Notes: a model not told the origin generated them from the letters alone. DNA of 53,447 nt from Phycisphaerae bacterium (GCA_018433925.1 JAHDQI010000037.1:1-53447); one strand, 5' to 3'; shown: positions 1-9,884, numbered from the stretch's first letter. Made by a program: numbers and translations.

Positions 1-113
1 CTCGGTTTTCATACGATGATATAGTCGCGATCGTGGTTTGAAAATCTGATATCAGAACCGGTTATCAAAACAAACATTCAAATTCAAATTGAGGAAAGGC
101 GGAGGACACAAAA

Positions 114-893
114 ATGAATGCGAGAAAAGTTGTCGTATTGGCAGGAATTTTACTCGTATCCGGTTTGTCGATGGCCGACTGGCTGTGGTGGACGAATGAC
201 ACCGGCAATCAGCAGTGGACAGACACGGGGAACTGGACGGCATATCCGACCCTCTCAGATGATGTGGTGATCGGCATGGATTACGGAGCAGGCCCTGTTC
301 TGGGGGCTGGCCAAACAGGATACGGGCATTGGATTCATCTTACGGAAACAACGCCCGCCGGCTCCCTGTTAACCATAGACGGCGGCACTCTCCACTGCAA
401 TGACCATCTCCTGGTCGGGGAAAACTGGGGCTCTGACCAGAAAGGCAGTCTCCTCGTAAATGCAGGGACAGTGAATACCACATTACTGATGGTCGGAGGC
501 GGTACCAACGGAAGCAACGGAACCGGATATGTCCAACTCGAAGATGGTGTCATTAATATCTCCTGGATGCTGGCTATCGGCGGCGGCTATGACGGTATTA
601 CCGGCGGCGGTGCAGGCCATGTTCAGTTAAACGGCGGTATTCTCCACGCCGTCGGCGGCGGCGGACTGGTCATGTCAGATCATGGCTCCCTTGACATTAC
701 CGGCGGTACGCTTGTCCTTTCGGGAGAAATTGCTGATCTGACCGCGTTCGGAAATGTAACGGCCTACGACGGTAACGGCAGTTTTGTCTACGATTTTGAC
801 GGAACCCATACGACTATTACGGCCATCCCCGAACCGGCCACTCTGTTTCTTATAGGACTGGGTATCCTTGGACTCAGGAAAATGAGGACATAA
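114..893 (+). CDS. Secreted beta-helix-repeat protein with C-terminal PEP-CTERM sorting signal (miniature version of 'head B')
   Basis: GGAGGA lies 7 nt upstream of ATG 114. Signal peptide MNARKVVVLAGILLVSGLSMA. Repeated G-G-[TI]-h motifs (IDGGTLHC, VNAGTVNT, LEDGVINI, LNGGILHA, ITGGTLVL). C-terminus IPEPATLFLIGLGILGLRKMRT is a PEP motif plus TM helix plus basic tail. Confidence 0.8.
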   Translation: MNARKVVVLAGILLVSGLSMADWLWWTNDTGNQQWTDTGNWTAYPTLSDDVVIGMDYGAGPVLGAGQTGYGHWIHLTETTPAGSLLTIDGGTLHCNDHLLVGENWGSDQKGSLLVNAGTVNTTLLMVGGGTNGSNGTGYVQLEDGVINISWMLAIGGGYDGITGGGAGHVQLNGGILHAVGGGGLVMSDHGSLDITGGTLVLSGEIADLTAFGNVTAYDGNGSFVYDFDGTHTTITAIPEPATLFLIGLGILGLRKMRT

Positions 894-965
894 ACGATCG
901 GATTGTCAACTGCATGGAACGACTTGACGATAAAGTAACGATTTGTTTAGAGACAGGAGTATGCG

Positions 966-2435
966 ATGAAAACAGCAATTTGCTTGTCCTTTCTGGCCGG
1001 GTTTTGCCTGTGCAGTTCAGCGACCGCCGCAGTGGGCTGGGAAGAGACTTTTGATCCGATCATGCCGACCTGGACGGAGACGAGTGCTTTTTGGACTGAT
1101 CATGCAGGGGCTACGGCTGTTCTGACGGAAAATGATCCGTTGTTGACGTATGGACTTACTGAATCCGAAACGATCACGCTGGATGTCGGAAGGTACAGTG
1201 AACTGGTAGTTCGATCTACAGCGATTGAAAGCGGGGTCCTGTACTCGGTTCAAATCCAGGAGGTCGGAGGCCAGGAGGCCTATGCTGATGCAGTCAGCTA
1301 CGAAGCAGAACCGGGTACACAGGTTGTCAATCTCAGCCGCCTGATGGGCTGGTCCGGTCAGAAGTCATTTCAAATTAATGTCTGGATCGAGGGCGACAAC
1401 GGGTCGGTTACTTTTGATCTGTTTCAACTTCGGGAACCGGCCAATACCGCCTGGGTCGAAGATTTTGATCCAATCAAAAACACATGGCTGGAAGATACGT
1501 GTACCTGGACCGATTCTCCGGAACCCGGGGCCGTATTGACGGAAAATAATCCTGAGGCATGGTACGGAGTTGCCCGGTCCGAACTGCTGGTTGTTGATGT
1601 CAATGACTATTGCATGTTGTACGTCAAAACATCCGCCGTTGAATCGGGATGCCTGTATACAATTCAGATCCATGAGGAAGGCCCCGATCCCGAATATGCC
1701 GAAGTCATCAGTTATGTAGGTGTGCCTTCCGAGCATATCGTCGATATCAGTGACCTGATGGATTGGTCAGAAGTCCGAAGATTTCGGATCAATATCTGGC
1801 TGGACGGGGAAGGGAGAAGCACTACCTTTGAGCGAATCGAACTGAGGAACAAAACAGAACAGACAAAACCCAACCCGGTGTTCTGGGAAGACGACTTTCA
1901 TCCCATCAAGCCCACCTGGTTTGAAATGGGGGCCCTCTGGGATGATTTTCCCGGTCCGGGAGCCACCCTGGTGGAAGACAACCCGGGGATGACCTATGGG
2001 AAGGTCGAGTCCGAATCTCTCCTGGTGGATCTGGATGTCTATCCGGCATTGACGATTTCAGTAATCGATATTGAAGCCGGGGCCTGGCTGGATGTAGGAA
2101 TTCAGGAACAAGGCGGCGCCTGGATGTATAAAGATGTCACCCCTACGATCATTGAACCCACCCGCGTCACCGTTAATATTGCCGAGTCAATGGGGTGGTC
2201 CGGGTATCATACCTTTCGCGTTGTTCTGTGGATCAACGGCAACAATAAATATGCCGCCCTGGATTTAGTACGTCTGGGGATGCATTGCGGAAGAAGCGTG
2301 CTGGCAGGAGATTACAATGAAGATTGTTCCGTCGATCTGCTGGATCTGAAGGTTCTGGGTCTGCATTGGCTGGACACCTATGGAATCTCTGATTTGGAAG
2401 AAGTCTCTGAGCATTGGCTGGAAGAGACATTCTGA
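966..2435 (+). CDS. Secreted protein with three tandem ~140-aa repeats of an uncharacterised domain plus a C-terminal dockerin-like segment
   Basis: Signal peptide [22 protein letters not shown]. Three repeats start [24 protein letters not shown] and [12 protein letters not shown], and each ends in a F-x-[IL]-x-LR-like strand. C-terminal segment is [22 protein letters not shown]. Confidence 0.8.
   Translation: MKTAICLSFLAGFCLCSSATAAVGWEETFDPIMPTWTETSAFWTDHAGATAVLTENDPLLTYGLTESETITLDVGRYSELVVRSTAIESGVLYSVQIQEVGGQEAYADAVSYEAEPGTQVVNLSRLMGWSGQKSFQINVWIEGDNGSVTFDLFQLREPANTAWVEDFDPIKNTWLEDTCTWTDSPEPGAVLTENNPEAWYGVARSELLVVDVNDYCMLYVKTSAVESGCLYTIQIHEEGPDPEYAEVISYVGVPSEHIVDISDLMDWSEVRRFRINIWLDGEGRSTTFERIELRNKTEQTKPNPVFWEDDFHPIKPTWFEMGALWDDFPGPGATLVEDNPGMTYGKVESESLLVDLDVYPALTISVIDIEAGAWLDVGIQEQGGAWMYKDVTPTIIEPTRVTVNIAESMGWSGYHTFRVVLWINGNNKYAALDLVRLGMHCGRSVLAGDYNEDCSVDLLDLKVLGLHWLDTYGISDLEEVSEHWLEETF
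1038..2276 (+). repeat. Three tandem coding repeats (about 414-432 nt period) inside CDS 966-2435
   Basis: Repeat starts are at 1038, 1452 and 1884 (the W codons of W-[EV]-[ED]-x-F-[DH]-P-I-x-x-T-W). Conserved internal motifs are [AV]LTEN[DN]P, YG, SE, [AI]E[SA]G, IQ, M[GD]WS and [IV]W[IL].G. Confidence 0.8.
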
Positions 2436-2445
2436 ACAATAACTT

Positions 2446-2483
2446 TGCGGCCGGAGAATCGAAGCGGCGGTTCTTCGGCCGCA
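2446..2483 (+). terminator. Stem-loop after CDS 966-2435 (13-bp stem with one G-U, 12-nt loop), no clear U-tract; possible attenuator or processing hairpin
   Basis: tgcggccggagaa (2446-2458) pairs with ttcttcggccgca (2471-2483). It lies 11 nt after the TGA at 2433-2435 and 36 nt before ATG 2519. Confidence 0.35.
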
Positions 2484-2518
2484 TACGAATTAATCCGAAG
2501 CCAGGTAGGAAACAAAAA

Positions 2519-3334
2519 ATGAATAAAAAAGGATTTACTTTAATTGAACTACTGGTGGTTATTGCCATTATCGCCATGCTCCTGGGGATTCTGCTGCCGG
2601 CCCTGCGGAAAGTGAAGGAGTCGGCCAAGGCCCTTGTCTGCAAGGCCAATCTGAACCAACTGGGGCTGGCCTGGCATGCCTATACGGTTGACAGCAACGG
2701 GCCCATGGTCTCGGCGTTAACTTACAGAAGTGATGATGATCCGATCCGGCTGGTCTATTCCCGCTATGCCTGGGTATGGGCTCCGACCGATGAGGAGACC
2801 AATCTGACAATCCAGGGGTTTCAAAAAGCCACGTTCGGACAGCGAATACGCGGAATTCAAAACGGAACCTTATTTCCCTATGCTTCCGATGTGGATGTCT
2901 ATCATTGCCCCAGCGATCAAAGCGGGCATTTTCGAAGCTACTCGATTGCGGATTGCATGAATGGAGAACAGCATTTTGCATCGGGTTCCTACAAAAAACC
3001 ATGGGACAGTCTTACCCGCCTGACGCAAGTCAGGAATCCATCTGAAAAAATTGTATTTACAGAGGAAAAGGATCCCCGGGATTATAATATGGATTCCTGG
3101 ATGGTCGATGCGACCCGCGGAAAACTCGAAGGGGATCCCATCCCGGTCTGGCATTTGGGCAGCGGCTGTTTCGCCTTTGCAGACGGCCATGCCGAACAGA
3201 AAAAATGGTCTCCGGAAACGACTGTTTTTTACAAAGACCGGACCGGTTTTGCCACCTATACGCCGATGACGGAAGGCGGAATTGAGGATACTGAATGGGT
3301 AGCCAAAGGATGGGCCGCCAGACACCGAAAATAA
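2519..3334 (+). CDS. Prepilin-type N-terminal cleavage/methylation domain protein (DUF1559 / H-X9-DG-like pseudopilin family)
   Basis: An internal ATG at 2519 gives [29 protein letters not shown], the classic type IV pilin-like leader and hydrophobic helix. Near the C-terminus [14 protein letters not shown] fits H-X9-DG. The ORF-track 5' extension from 2414 overlaps the upstream hairpin and has no homology signal. Confidence 0.85.
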   Translation: MNKKGFTLIELLVVIAIIAMLLGILLPALRKVKESAKALVCKANLNQLGLAWHAYTVDSNGPMVSALTYRSDDDPIRLVYSRYAWVWAPTDEETNLTIQGFQKATFGQRIRGIQNGTLFPYASDVDVYHCPSDQSGHFRSYSIADCMNGEQHFASGSYKKPWDSLTRLTQVRNPSEKIVFTEEKDPRDYNMDSWMVDATRGKLEGDPIPVWHLGSGCFAFADGHAEQKKWSPETTVFYKDRTGFATYTPMTEGGIEDTEWVAKGWAARHRK

Positions 3335-3355
3335 CACGATGGCGGAAATTCATCC

Positions 3356-5149
3356 ATGACCTTACATCCAATCGATATTACAATTATCGGGATTTATCTT
3401 GTCGTTACAGTGGCGGCGGGAATCTGGGTATCCAAAAGGGCCTCGAAAAACGTGGATTCCTATTTTCTGGCGGGGCATAACGTTCCCTGGTATGTCCTGG
3501 GTATCTCCAATTCCTCGAGCATGTTCGATATTACGGGGACGATGTGGCTGGTGTATCTGTTGTTTGCCTACGGCGTCAAAAGCGTTTGGATTCCCTGGAT
3601 CTGGCCGACCTTTAACCAGATATTCGCCATGGTATACCTGTCCATCTGGCTGCGCCGAAGCGGCGTTCTGACCGGAGCGGAATGGATCACTACTCGCTTT
3701 GGAAATTCTTTGGGCAGCCGGCTGTCGCACATGAGCGTGGTCTTTTTTGCCCTGGTTTCGGTTATTGGCTTTATCGGATATGATTTTCAGGGGATCGGCA
3801 AGTTCGCATCCGTTTTCCTGCCGTGGGATTGGTCCCCGAATACCTATGCAATCCTCCTGATGGCAATCACGACTGTGTATGTACTGTTGGGAGGAATGTA
3901 CAGCGTGGTCATAACGGATGTCCTGAAATATGCCATCATGGCTGTGGTTTCCTTCATCGTCGGCTTGATCGCAATGAGCCGGACAACAGCCTCGCAGATC
4001 CGGGACTCTGTTCCGGAGGGCTGGCATCACTTTGGCTTCGGGTTAAGTCACCGTCTCAACTGGTCCGGGCTGATTGAGAATCTCAATGCCAAAATGGAAG
4101 CGGACGAGTTCGGTCTTTTCGGCATCTTTTTTATGATGATTCTTTTTAAGGGGATCCTGGCCTCGATGGCCGGACCGGCTCCCAATTATGACATGCAGCG
4201 TGTCCTGTCGACAAAAAATCCGAAAGAAGCCGCTTTAATGAGCTGGTTTGTATCCATTTCACAGTTTATTCCCCGCTATATGCTCATTACCGGGATTACC
4301 GTGCTGGCGCTGGTTTATTTTTCCCCCCAGATCATCGCCATGGGAACCCAGGCCGACTTTGAGCAGATTCTCCCCTACATCATTACTAATTTTCTGCCGA
4401 TCGGCGTGGTCGGCCTCATCCTGGCGGGTCTGCTGGCGGCCTTTATGAGCACCTTTGATTCCACCGTCAACGCAGGAACGGCCTACATTGTTGTCGATAT
4501 TTATAAAAAATATATCCATCCAAATGCCCCGGAGAAACGCTACGTCTATGCCGGATATCTGTGTACCTTTGCCGTAGTGATTGTTGGAATGGCCTTTGGA
4601 TTGATGGCCAGATCCATCGGTTCGGTAACCCTGTGGCTGGTAGCCGGTTTATACGGCGGGTACCTCGCGCCAAATGTACTCAAATGGTACTGGTGGCGGC
4701 TGAACGGATTCGGCTACTTTGCAGGCATGATTTCCGGGGTAACGGCAGCGCTTCTGTTTCCGATTCTGTGTTCAAATCTTTCCGCAATCAACAGTTTCCC
4801 GGCAATCCTGGCCATCAGTGCCGCGGCTTCCGTTCTTACAAGTCTTTGGACTAAGCCGGAGGATCCGGAAATTCTGAAACAGTTTTACAGAACGGTACGC
4901 CCCTGGGGATTCTGGAAGCCGATATCCGAAATGGTAATTCGTGACCATCCTCACTTTATGCCAAACAGGAATTTCCGTCGGGACATGGTCAATATCCTCG
5001 TGGGAATTCCCTGGCAGTTGACCCTCTCCCTGATTCCGATCTGCCTGATTATCCGGGAATACACATTGATGTGTGGAGGCATAGTACTGCTTCTGATCAC
5101 GTCCGTATTTTTAAAATATAACTGGTACAATAAACTTGACGCCGAGTAA
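3356..5149 (+). CDS. Sodium:solute symporter (SSS) family transporter
   Basis: 597 aa and polytopic, with about 13 hydrophobic segments. The N-terminal region YFLAGHNVPWYVLGISNSSSMFDITGTMW is typical of SSS TM1-TM2. It sits between the prepilin-like gene and GH130. Confidence 0.8.
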   Translation: MTLHPIDITIIGIYLVVTVAAGIWVSKRASKNVDSYFLAGHNVPWYVLGISNSSSMFDITGTMWLVYLLFAYGVKSVWIPWIWPTFNQIFAMVYLSIWLRRSGVLTGAEWITTRFGNSLGSRLSHMSVVFFALVSVIGFIGYDFQGIGKFASVFLPWDWSPNTYAILLMAITTVYVLLGGMYSVVITDVLKYAIMAVVSFIVGLIAMSRTTASQIRDSVPEGWHHFGFGLSHRLNWSGLIENLNAKMEADEFGLFGIFFMMILFKGILASMAGPAPNYDMQRVLSTKNPKEAALMSWFVSISQFIPRYMLITGITVLALVYFSPQIIAMGTQADFEQILPYIITNFLPIGVVGLILAGLLAAFMSTFDSTVNAGTAYIVVDIYKKYIHPNAPEKRYVYAGYLCTFAVVIVGMAFGLMARSIGSVTLWLVAGLYGGYLAPNVLKWYWWRLNGFGYFAGMISGVTAALLFPILCSNLSAINSFPAILAISAAASVLTSLWTKPEDPEILKQFYRTVRPWGFWKPISEMVIRDHPHFMPNRNFRRDMVNILVGIPWQLTLSLIPICLIIREYTLMCGGIVLLLITSVFLKYNWYNKLDAE

Positions 5150-5164
5150 AGGAACCCATCGTTT

Positions 5165-6310
5165 ATGAATAAGTCGTTTCCCGCAAAAACAGAAAAGGTG
5201 AATCAGTCAATTCCGTCCGGGAGCGGACTTGAGCGGATTCCTGTAAGAAAATCCCCAAAAACCGTCAAACTCCGGCGGTTTGAAGGAAATCCTGTTCTGT
5301 CTCCAGATCCGGAACACCCCTGGGAGAATTTTGTAACCACCAATCCAGGTGCCTGGTTTGATCCTAAAGAAGGCCGAGTTACCCTGCTATACCGGGCGGC
5401 CGGAAAAGAGCCGGAACATGTGATTCACTTGGGACTGGCTGTCAGTGAAGATGGCTATCACTTTAAACGGTTTAAAGAACCCGTCCTCTCTCCCAGCCGC
5501 GACGGCCTGGACGGAGGATGCCTGGAAGATCCGAGAATCGTAAAAATAGGAGATTATTATTACATTACCTATGCATCCAGGGCATTCCCTCCGGGTGAAT
5601 ACTGGCTCCATGACGGCCGCTGCTATCAAAATCCGGACTGCGCAGAGGAGTTCCCGCTGTGTATTAAAAAAAACCATACCACATCCCACCTGCTGATCAC
5701 GAAGGATTTCAAAACATTTATTCGGGGCGGAATGCTGACCAGCCCCATGCTGGACGACCGGGATGTCATTTTGTTTCCGGAAAAGATTGGCGGAAAATTC
5801 TATATGATGCACCGCCCGATGGAATGGTGCGGACCGAAATATGGAACGCAGAACCCTGCCATCTGGATATCCAGCGCCGATGATCTCCTGAATTTCGGAA
5901 ATCCTGCACTGCTGGCAAAAGCCCAATTTGCGTGGGAACAGAAAATCGGCGGCAATACCCCGCCGATAAAGACAAAATACGGCTGGCTGACTCTTTATCA
6001 TGCCGTTGGATGTGACCGATATTATCGGCTCGGCGCAATGCTCCTGGCCATAGACAATCCCCGGCAGGTAACCCATCGGACGCGGGAGTGGATCTTCCAG
6101 CCGGAAACGGAGTATGAAACAAACGGCTGCTATTCCGGAGGCGGCGTGGTCTTTCCATGCGGAAAGGTGATTGTCGGGGATCGACTTTTGGTCTATTATG
6201 GTGCCGCGGATAAATACGTAGGCCTGGCTGAATGCGGAGTGGAAGAGCTGTTGGATTATCTGCTGCAGTGTCCGGTGAAACAGCAGGAGGAAACGAGAGA
6301 CTGTATATGA
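5165..6310 (+). CDS. GH130-family glycoside phosphorylase/hydrolase (beta-mannoside-type), cytoplasmic
   Basis: NPGAWFDPKEGRVTLLYRAAG, LGLAVSEDGYHF and GGCLEDPRIVKIGDYYYITY match the GH130 five-bladed propeller signature. There is no signal peptide. Confidence 0.8.
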   Translation: MNKSFPAKTEKVNQSIPSGSGLERIPVRKSPKTVKLRRFEGNPVLSPDPEHPWENFVTTNPGAWFDPKEGRVTLLYRAAGKEPEHVIHLGLAVSEDGYHFKRFKEPVLSPSRDGLDGGCLEDPRIVKIGDYYYITYASRAFPPGEYWLHDGRCYQNPDCAEEFPLCIKKNHTTSHLLITKDFKTFIRGGMLTSPMLDDRDVILFPEKIGGKFYMMHRPMEWCGPKYGTQNPAIWISSADDLLNFGNPALLAKAQFAWEQKIGGNTPPIKTKYGWLTLYHAVGCDRYYRLGAMLLAIDNPRQVTHRTREWIFQPETEYETNGCYSGGGVVFPCGKVIVGDRLLVYYGAADKYVGLAECGVEELLDYLLQCPVKQQEETRDCI

Positions 6311-7548
6311 ACAAAAAACTGTTAATAATAGGTCTTCTGATGGGAGGGGGCATGAATATGCTTTTTGCGGATTCTCCCGATGGCCCGAATAGGACAAAAG
6401 AGGTGTACGCACATTTTTTAACCTGGTTCAAGACACGTGAGTTTTCCGGCCGATGGGAAATGTGGAACTCGGATTACAAACAAAGTCCTCATAATCCGGA
6501 TGTTCTCTTATACAACGGCAGGCGGGATCTGGCGGTGACCAGCCATCCGCTTACAGGCCCTTATGATTCCTCCGATCCGGACATTCTGGAGTACCAATTT
6601 TTGTTGATGAAATTAAGCGGAATTGATGGGATCATTGTGGATTGGGACGGCCGACGGATCAATCCTTACCGACATGAGTGCCTGATGACCCTTCTGCCCT
6701 ATCTCGAACGATACAAAATCAAACTGATGCTGTGTTTTGAAGAATGGTGCGGCTATTGGCCAAAAGGTACTTTTCAGGAGCGCGCCCAGGAAGTCAAAGC
6801 GGCCCAGGATGAATTGCTCTGGATGATTCATACCTTCGTAGATCAGCCGTTTTATGGCACAGTGAACGGCAAAAAACCGATATTAGTCTTTCGTAAAATA
6901 CCCGATCAGTGGTTTACCCCGGCGGAGTGGGGGCAAATCGCCTCGATCCTGACAAAGGACAGTCTTACTCTGATTTTTGACCCCGGGGCCTACCAGGCCT
7001 TCGGAAAGATTGTGGGAGGCAAGTATTTTTGGGTTGGTGATTTTGATCCCCAAACCAATTCGGCCGATCTCGATTGGTGTAAACAAATGTATAGTAATTT
7101 TTTCCGGGTAAAAAATGAGCGGATAAAAAAGGAACTCGTCTTCGGGGGCGTCTCGCCCGGCTTTGATGATTCTCCGGTCTGGGGATGGGGTACCGGAGCC
7201 AGAAAAGCCCCTCGCTATAGGGGACAGCGTTTTGATTTGACCTGGACCCTCTCGGTAGAAAACAAAGCGGATGTAATTCAGGTCATAACCTGGAACGACT
7301 GGAACGAAGGCACACAAATTGAACCCTGTGACGCGTTCGGCTATCAATACCTTGAAATGAATAAAAAATATGCTGCCAAATACAAAGGGGAAACAGACAC
7401 CGTACCGAATGAAGCCCTGAGAATTCCATTTAAAATCTATACTGCCCGAAAGGCGGACTTTTCGGATGGGGATTTGCTGAATACAATCAGTCGATGTCTG
7501 CTGGAGGGAAAGTATTCAAAGGCGATCCAATTATCGGAGCCATTATAA
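6307..7548 (+). CDS. Secreted GH99-like (GH99/GH71-clan TIM barrel) glycosidase
   Basis: ATG 6307 overlaps the GH130 stop (ATGA at 6307-6310). Signal peptide MNKKLLIIGLLMGGGMNMLFA. HPLTGPYDSSDPDILEYQFLLMKLSGIDGIIVDW and VITWNDWNEGTQIEP resemble GH99 motifs (YP.LG.YSS.DP; FNEWHEGTQIE). Confidence 0.65.
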   Translation: MNKKLLIIGLLMGGGMNMLFADSPDGPNRTKEVYAHFLTWFKTREFSGRWEMWNSDYKQSPHNPDVLLYNGRRDLAVTSHPLTGPYDSSDPDILEYQFLLMKLSGIDGIIVDWDGRRINPYRHECLMTLLPYLERYKIKLMLCFEEWCGYWPKGTFQERAQEVKAAQDELLWMIHTFVDQPFYGTVNGKKPILVFRKIPDQWFTPAEWGQIASILTKDSLTLIFDPGAYQAFGKIVGGKYFWVGDFDPQTNSADLDWCKQMYSNFFRVKNERIKKELVFGGVSPGFDDSPVWGWGTGARKAPRYRGQRFDLTWTLSVENKADVIQVITWNDWNEGTQIEPCDAFGYQYLEMNKKYAAKYKGETDTVPNEALRIPFKIYTARKADFSDGDLLNTISRCLLEGKYSKAIQLSEPL

Positions 7549-7552
7549 TCTC

Positions 7553-9799
7553 ATGAAACCGATTTGTGCCATCCTGCTTTGTGTTGTTCTCGTATTTGAC
7601 AGGGCTGTTTGCCTTGGAGAAATTACCGATCCGCTGGACAATACAGGATATCTGACAGCGGCGCTGAACAGCGAGGTATCCGCGGACGGGACAGCTTATA
7701 TGACCATTACAGACCCGGGCGATTCTGTTGTCAACTGGCGCCAATCCCATTATGTGAGACTGCGTAATTACAATGACCGCGTCGAAATTGATCCTGTGGC
7801 CCCCATCGGAAACGGGCAGTATTCCCTGTATGTTTTATTATTTAACAGTTCCAAACAGTGTCTTGCGGAAATCCAGTGGACGGAGGCCGGCGATATTTGT
7901 ACGACTCGGATCCTCAGTAGCGTAAGTCGCCTGGCTGCGGATAATCAGGTGCAGAATGTAGAGTATTACTGGATTCGTTTCCGCCTGCACGGCGACATCG
8001 GGGAGGGCTTTGAATTTGATGAGATTCGTGTTTGTAACGGGCCGGGTTTATGGCCGACCACCCCCTTAATCCAGTCGGCGCCCAGGGCGGTTCTGGGCCA
8101 TGTCATGACCGGATTTCGGACTCCGCCGATCAGCGGCACCTGGTCCGGCTGGAATTATTCGAACGCCTATGTCAGTCATAATCCTTATGTGCTGGACACC
8201 GAGGGAAGACCTGATATCGCATCCGTCTATTATCCCTCCGTCGGGTATTACGACATGAAGGATCCTAAGCTGATTGAATATCACTGCCAGTGTCTCAAAA
8301 TGGCTTGTATGGACGGAATGATCTTCGATCTGGGCTTCTATGACATGGATCCGGATACGGTTGCGATGATGAATGCCTATTTGGGAATGTTGTCTGAATA
8401 CGGCCTCAAGGCCGCCATCTGTTACGAAGACAAGGCGCACTGGATCTGGGACAGCGGAGCAGCAACACGGGCCATGGCCCTGCAGCGGGCCTATGAAGAC
8501 ATGAATAACTGGCTGGCCCTGTTTCTGGCCAGCGGAGCCCAATATGATGTGTCGGATCAAAGACCTCTGTTTCTGCTGTTCAGCTATGAGGATACCCATC
8601 CCCAGAAAGGGATTACTTGTCTTTTGCCGGATGAGATCGAAGACTGGCTGGACACCTTTGCCCCATCACAAAAGCCGGTTCTCATGCGGCAGTGGTTTAA
8701 GGATCCGGACCATGTCGGGATCTTAAACGGACCCTACGGCTGGCCGATTCTGCACCCGGCCCCTCCCGAAATGGCTCCTTATGTCGGGTATTGCTCGCTG
8801 GAGCAGAATCGTGAACAATTGGATTTCATTCGGGAGTTCGGGCAGTATTTGTTCTCAAGCAATCTGGCGAATTTTCACATGCCCGGAGTCTGGCCCGGGT
8901 TCGACGATCTTGCGATTTGGGGGTGGGGCGGCGGACCGCGACAGATGCCCCGATACGACGGCCAATTGTATGAGGAAACCTGGCAGTGGGCAATTGAGGA
9001 TATGTTGCCGGTGGTCCAGGTGGCTACATGGAACGATTGGTTTGAGGGGACGATTATAGAACCCTCCGTAGAGTTCGGAGGGGCCTATCTGGAAATCACC
9101 TCGCAGAAGGCCGCAGCATTTAAAGAAATCAACGATTGGACTGTTCCGGATGTCAATGTGCCGGTTTGGATTTATCGGATCCGGGATATCACGGCAGACC
9201 CCTGCGTGCTGGAGGAGTTGGAGACCGCGTCTGAATATATTAAGACCGGTCAGTTTGCCCAGGCCCGGACAATCGTCTCCTCTTGGGCGGACTATTTTCA
9301 GGTAGATTCTGTACTCTATTGGACCGGCCCGGGTTCTATTCAAACAGCACCTCAAATAGAGACACCTGTTTCCTGCAATTTCGGGATTGTGGAATATGGC
9401 AACTCGAGCACGGCCGTTGTGGAGATCAAAAATCAAGGTACGGCAGCGCTTCAATTTATCGGGATCAATCCGGCAGAGATCATAACCGGCCAGGATGATT
9501 TTTCCATTGATCCGGCCTTTCCAAGCGAAGATCTGTACGTCAACCAGCAGAGAGAGTTGTCAATTCTATTTTCTCCCCAAAGCACGGGATCCAAATCGGG
9601 AATCCTGAAAATCATATCGAATGACCCCGTTTCTCCGGCCGTATATGTTCAAATCGAAGGCCAGTGCGTTTTCAAACAAGGAGATTTCAATCAGGATGGA
9701 ACAGTAAACTTGGAAGATCTGGTTTGGCTGTCTCTTTGCTGGCTGGATACCTGCGGCCCGGATGAGTTGATTCTTACAGCAGAACACTGGCTCGATTAA
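7553..9799 (+). CDS. Secreted multidomain protein: N-terminal CBM-like domain, GH99-like catalytic domain, Ig-like (ASH/choice-of-anchor-D-like) domain and dockerin-like C-terminus
   Basis: Signal-like N-terminus MKPICAILLCVVLVF. YPSVGYYDMKDPKLIEYHCQCLKMACMDGMIFDL and VATWNDWFEGTIIEP are paralogous to 6307-7548. An Ig-like segment CNFGIVEYGNSSTAVVEIKNQGTAAL precedes ILKIISNDPVSPAVYVQIEG. C-terminal segment is GDFNQDGTVNLEDLVWLSLCWL. Confidence 0.7.
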   Translation: MKPICAILLCVVLVFDRAVCLGEITDPLDNTGYLTAALNSEVSADGTAYMTITDPGDSVVNWRQSHYVRLRNYNDRVEIDPVAPIGNGQYSLYVLLFNSSKQCLAEIQWTEAGDICTTRILSSVSRLAADNQVQNVEYYWIRFRLHGDIGEGFEFDEIRVCNGPGLWPTTPLIQSAPRAVLGHVMTGFRTPPISGTWSGWNYSNAYVSHNPYVLDTEGRPDIASVYYPSVGYYDMKDPKLIEYHCQCLKMACMDGMIFDLGFYDMDPDTVAMMNAYLGMLSEYGLKAAICYEDKAHWIWDSGAATRAMALQRAYEDMNNWLALFLASGAQYDVSDQRPLFLLFSYEDTHPQKGITCLLPDEIEDWLDTFAPSQKPVLMRQWFKDPDHVGILNGPYGWPILHPAPPEMAPYVGYCSLEQNREQLDFIREFGQYLFSSNLANFHMPGVWPGFDDLAIWGWGGGPRQMPRYDGQLYEETWQWAIEDMLPVVQVATWNDWFEGTIIEPSVEFGGAYLEITSQKAAAFKEINDWTVPDVNVPVWIYRIRDITADPCVLEELETASEYIKTGQFAQARTIVSSWADYFQVDSVLYWTGPGSIQTAPQIETPVSCNFGIVEYGNSSTAVVEIKNQGTAALQFIGINPAEIITGQDDFSIDPAFPSEDLYVNQQRELSILFSPQSTGSKSGILKIISNDPVSPAVYVQIEGQCVFKQGDFNQDGTVNLEDLVWLSLCWLDTCGPDELILTAEHWLD

Positions 9800-9857
9800 A
9801 TCAAGTTTTGACGTCTGGACCTTATCCGGACTCCCGTTATTACAGCACAAACATCAC

Positions 9858-9884
9858 CCGCCTGAACCATCAGGCGGTTTATTT
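9858..9884 (+). terminator. Rho-independent terminator of the plus-strand operon
   Basis: ccgcctga (9858-9865) and tcaggcgg (9870-9877) form an 8-bp stem with a 4-nt loop, followed by TTTATTT (9878-9884). It lies 59 nt after the stop at 9799. Confidence 0.65.

Noticed and set aside
5387-6431. 341-aa and 221-aa minus-strand ORFs antisense to GH130 and the start of the GH99-like gene
   Set aside because: The opposite strand has strong GH130 motifs and a coupled ATGA junction. The antisense translations have no family features.
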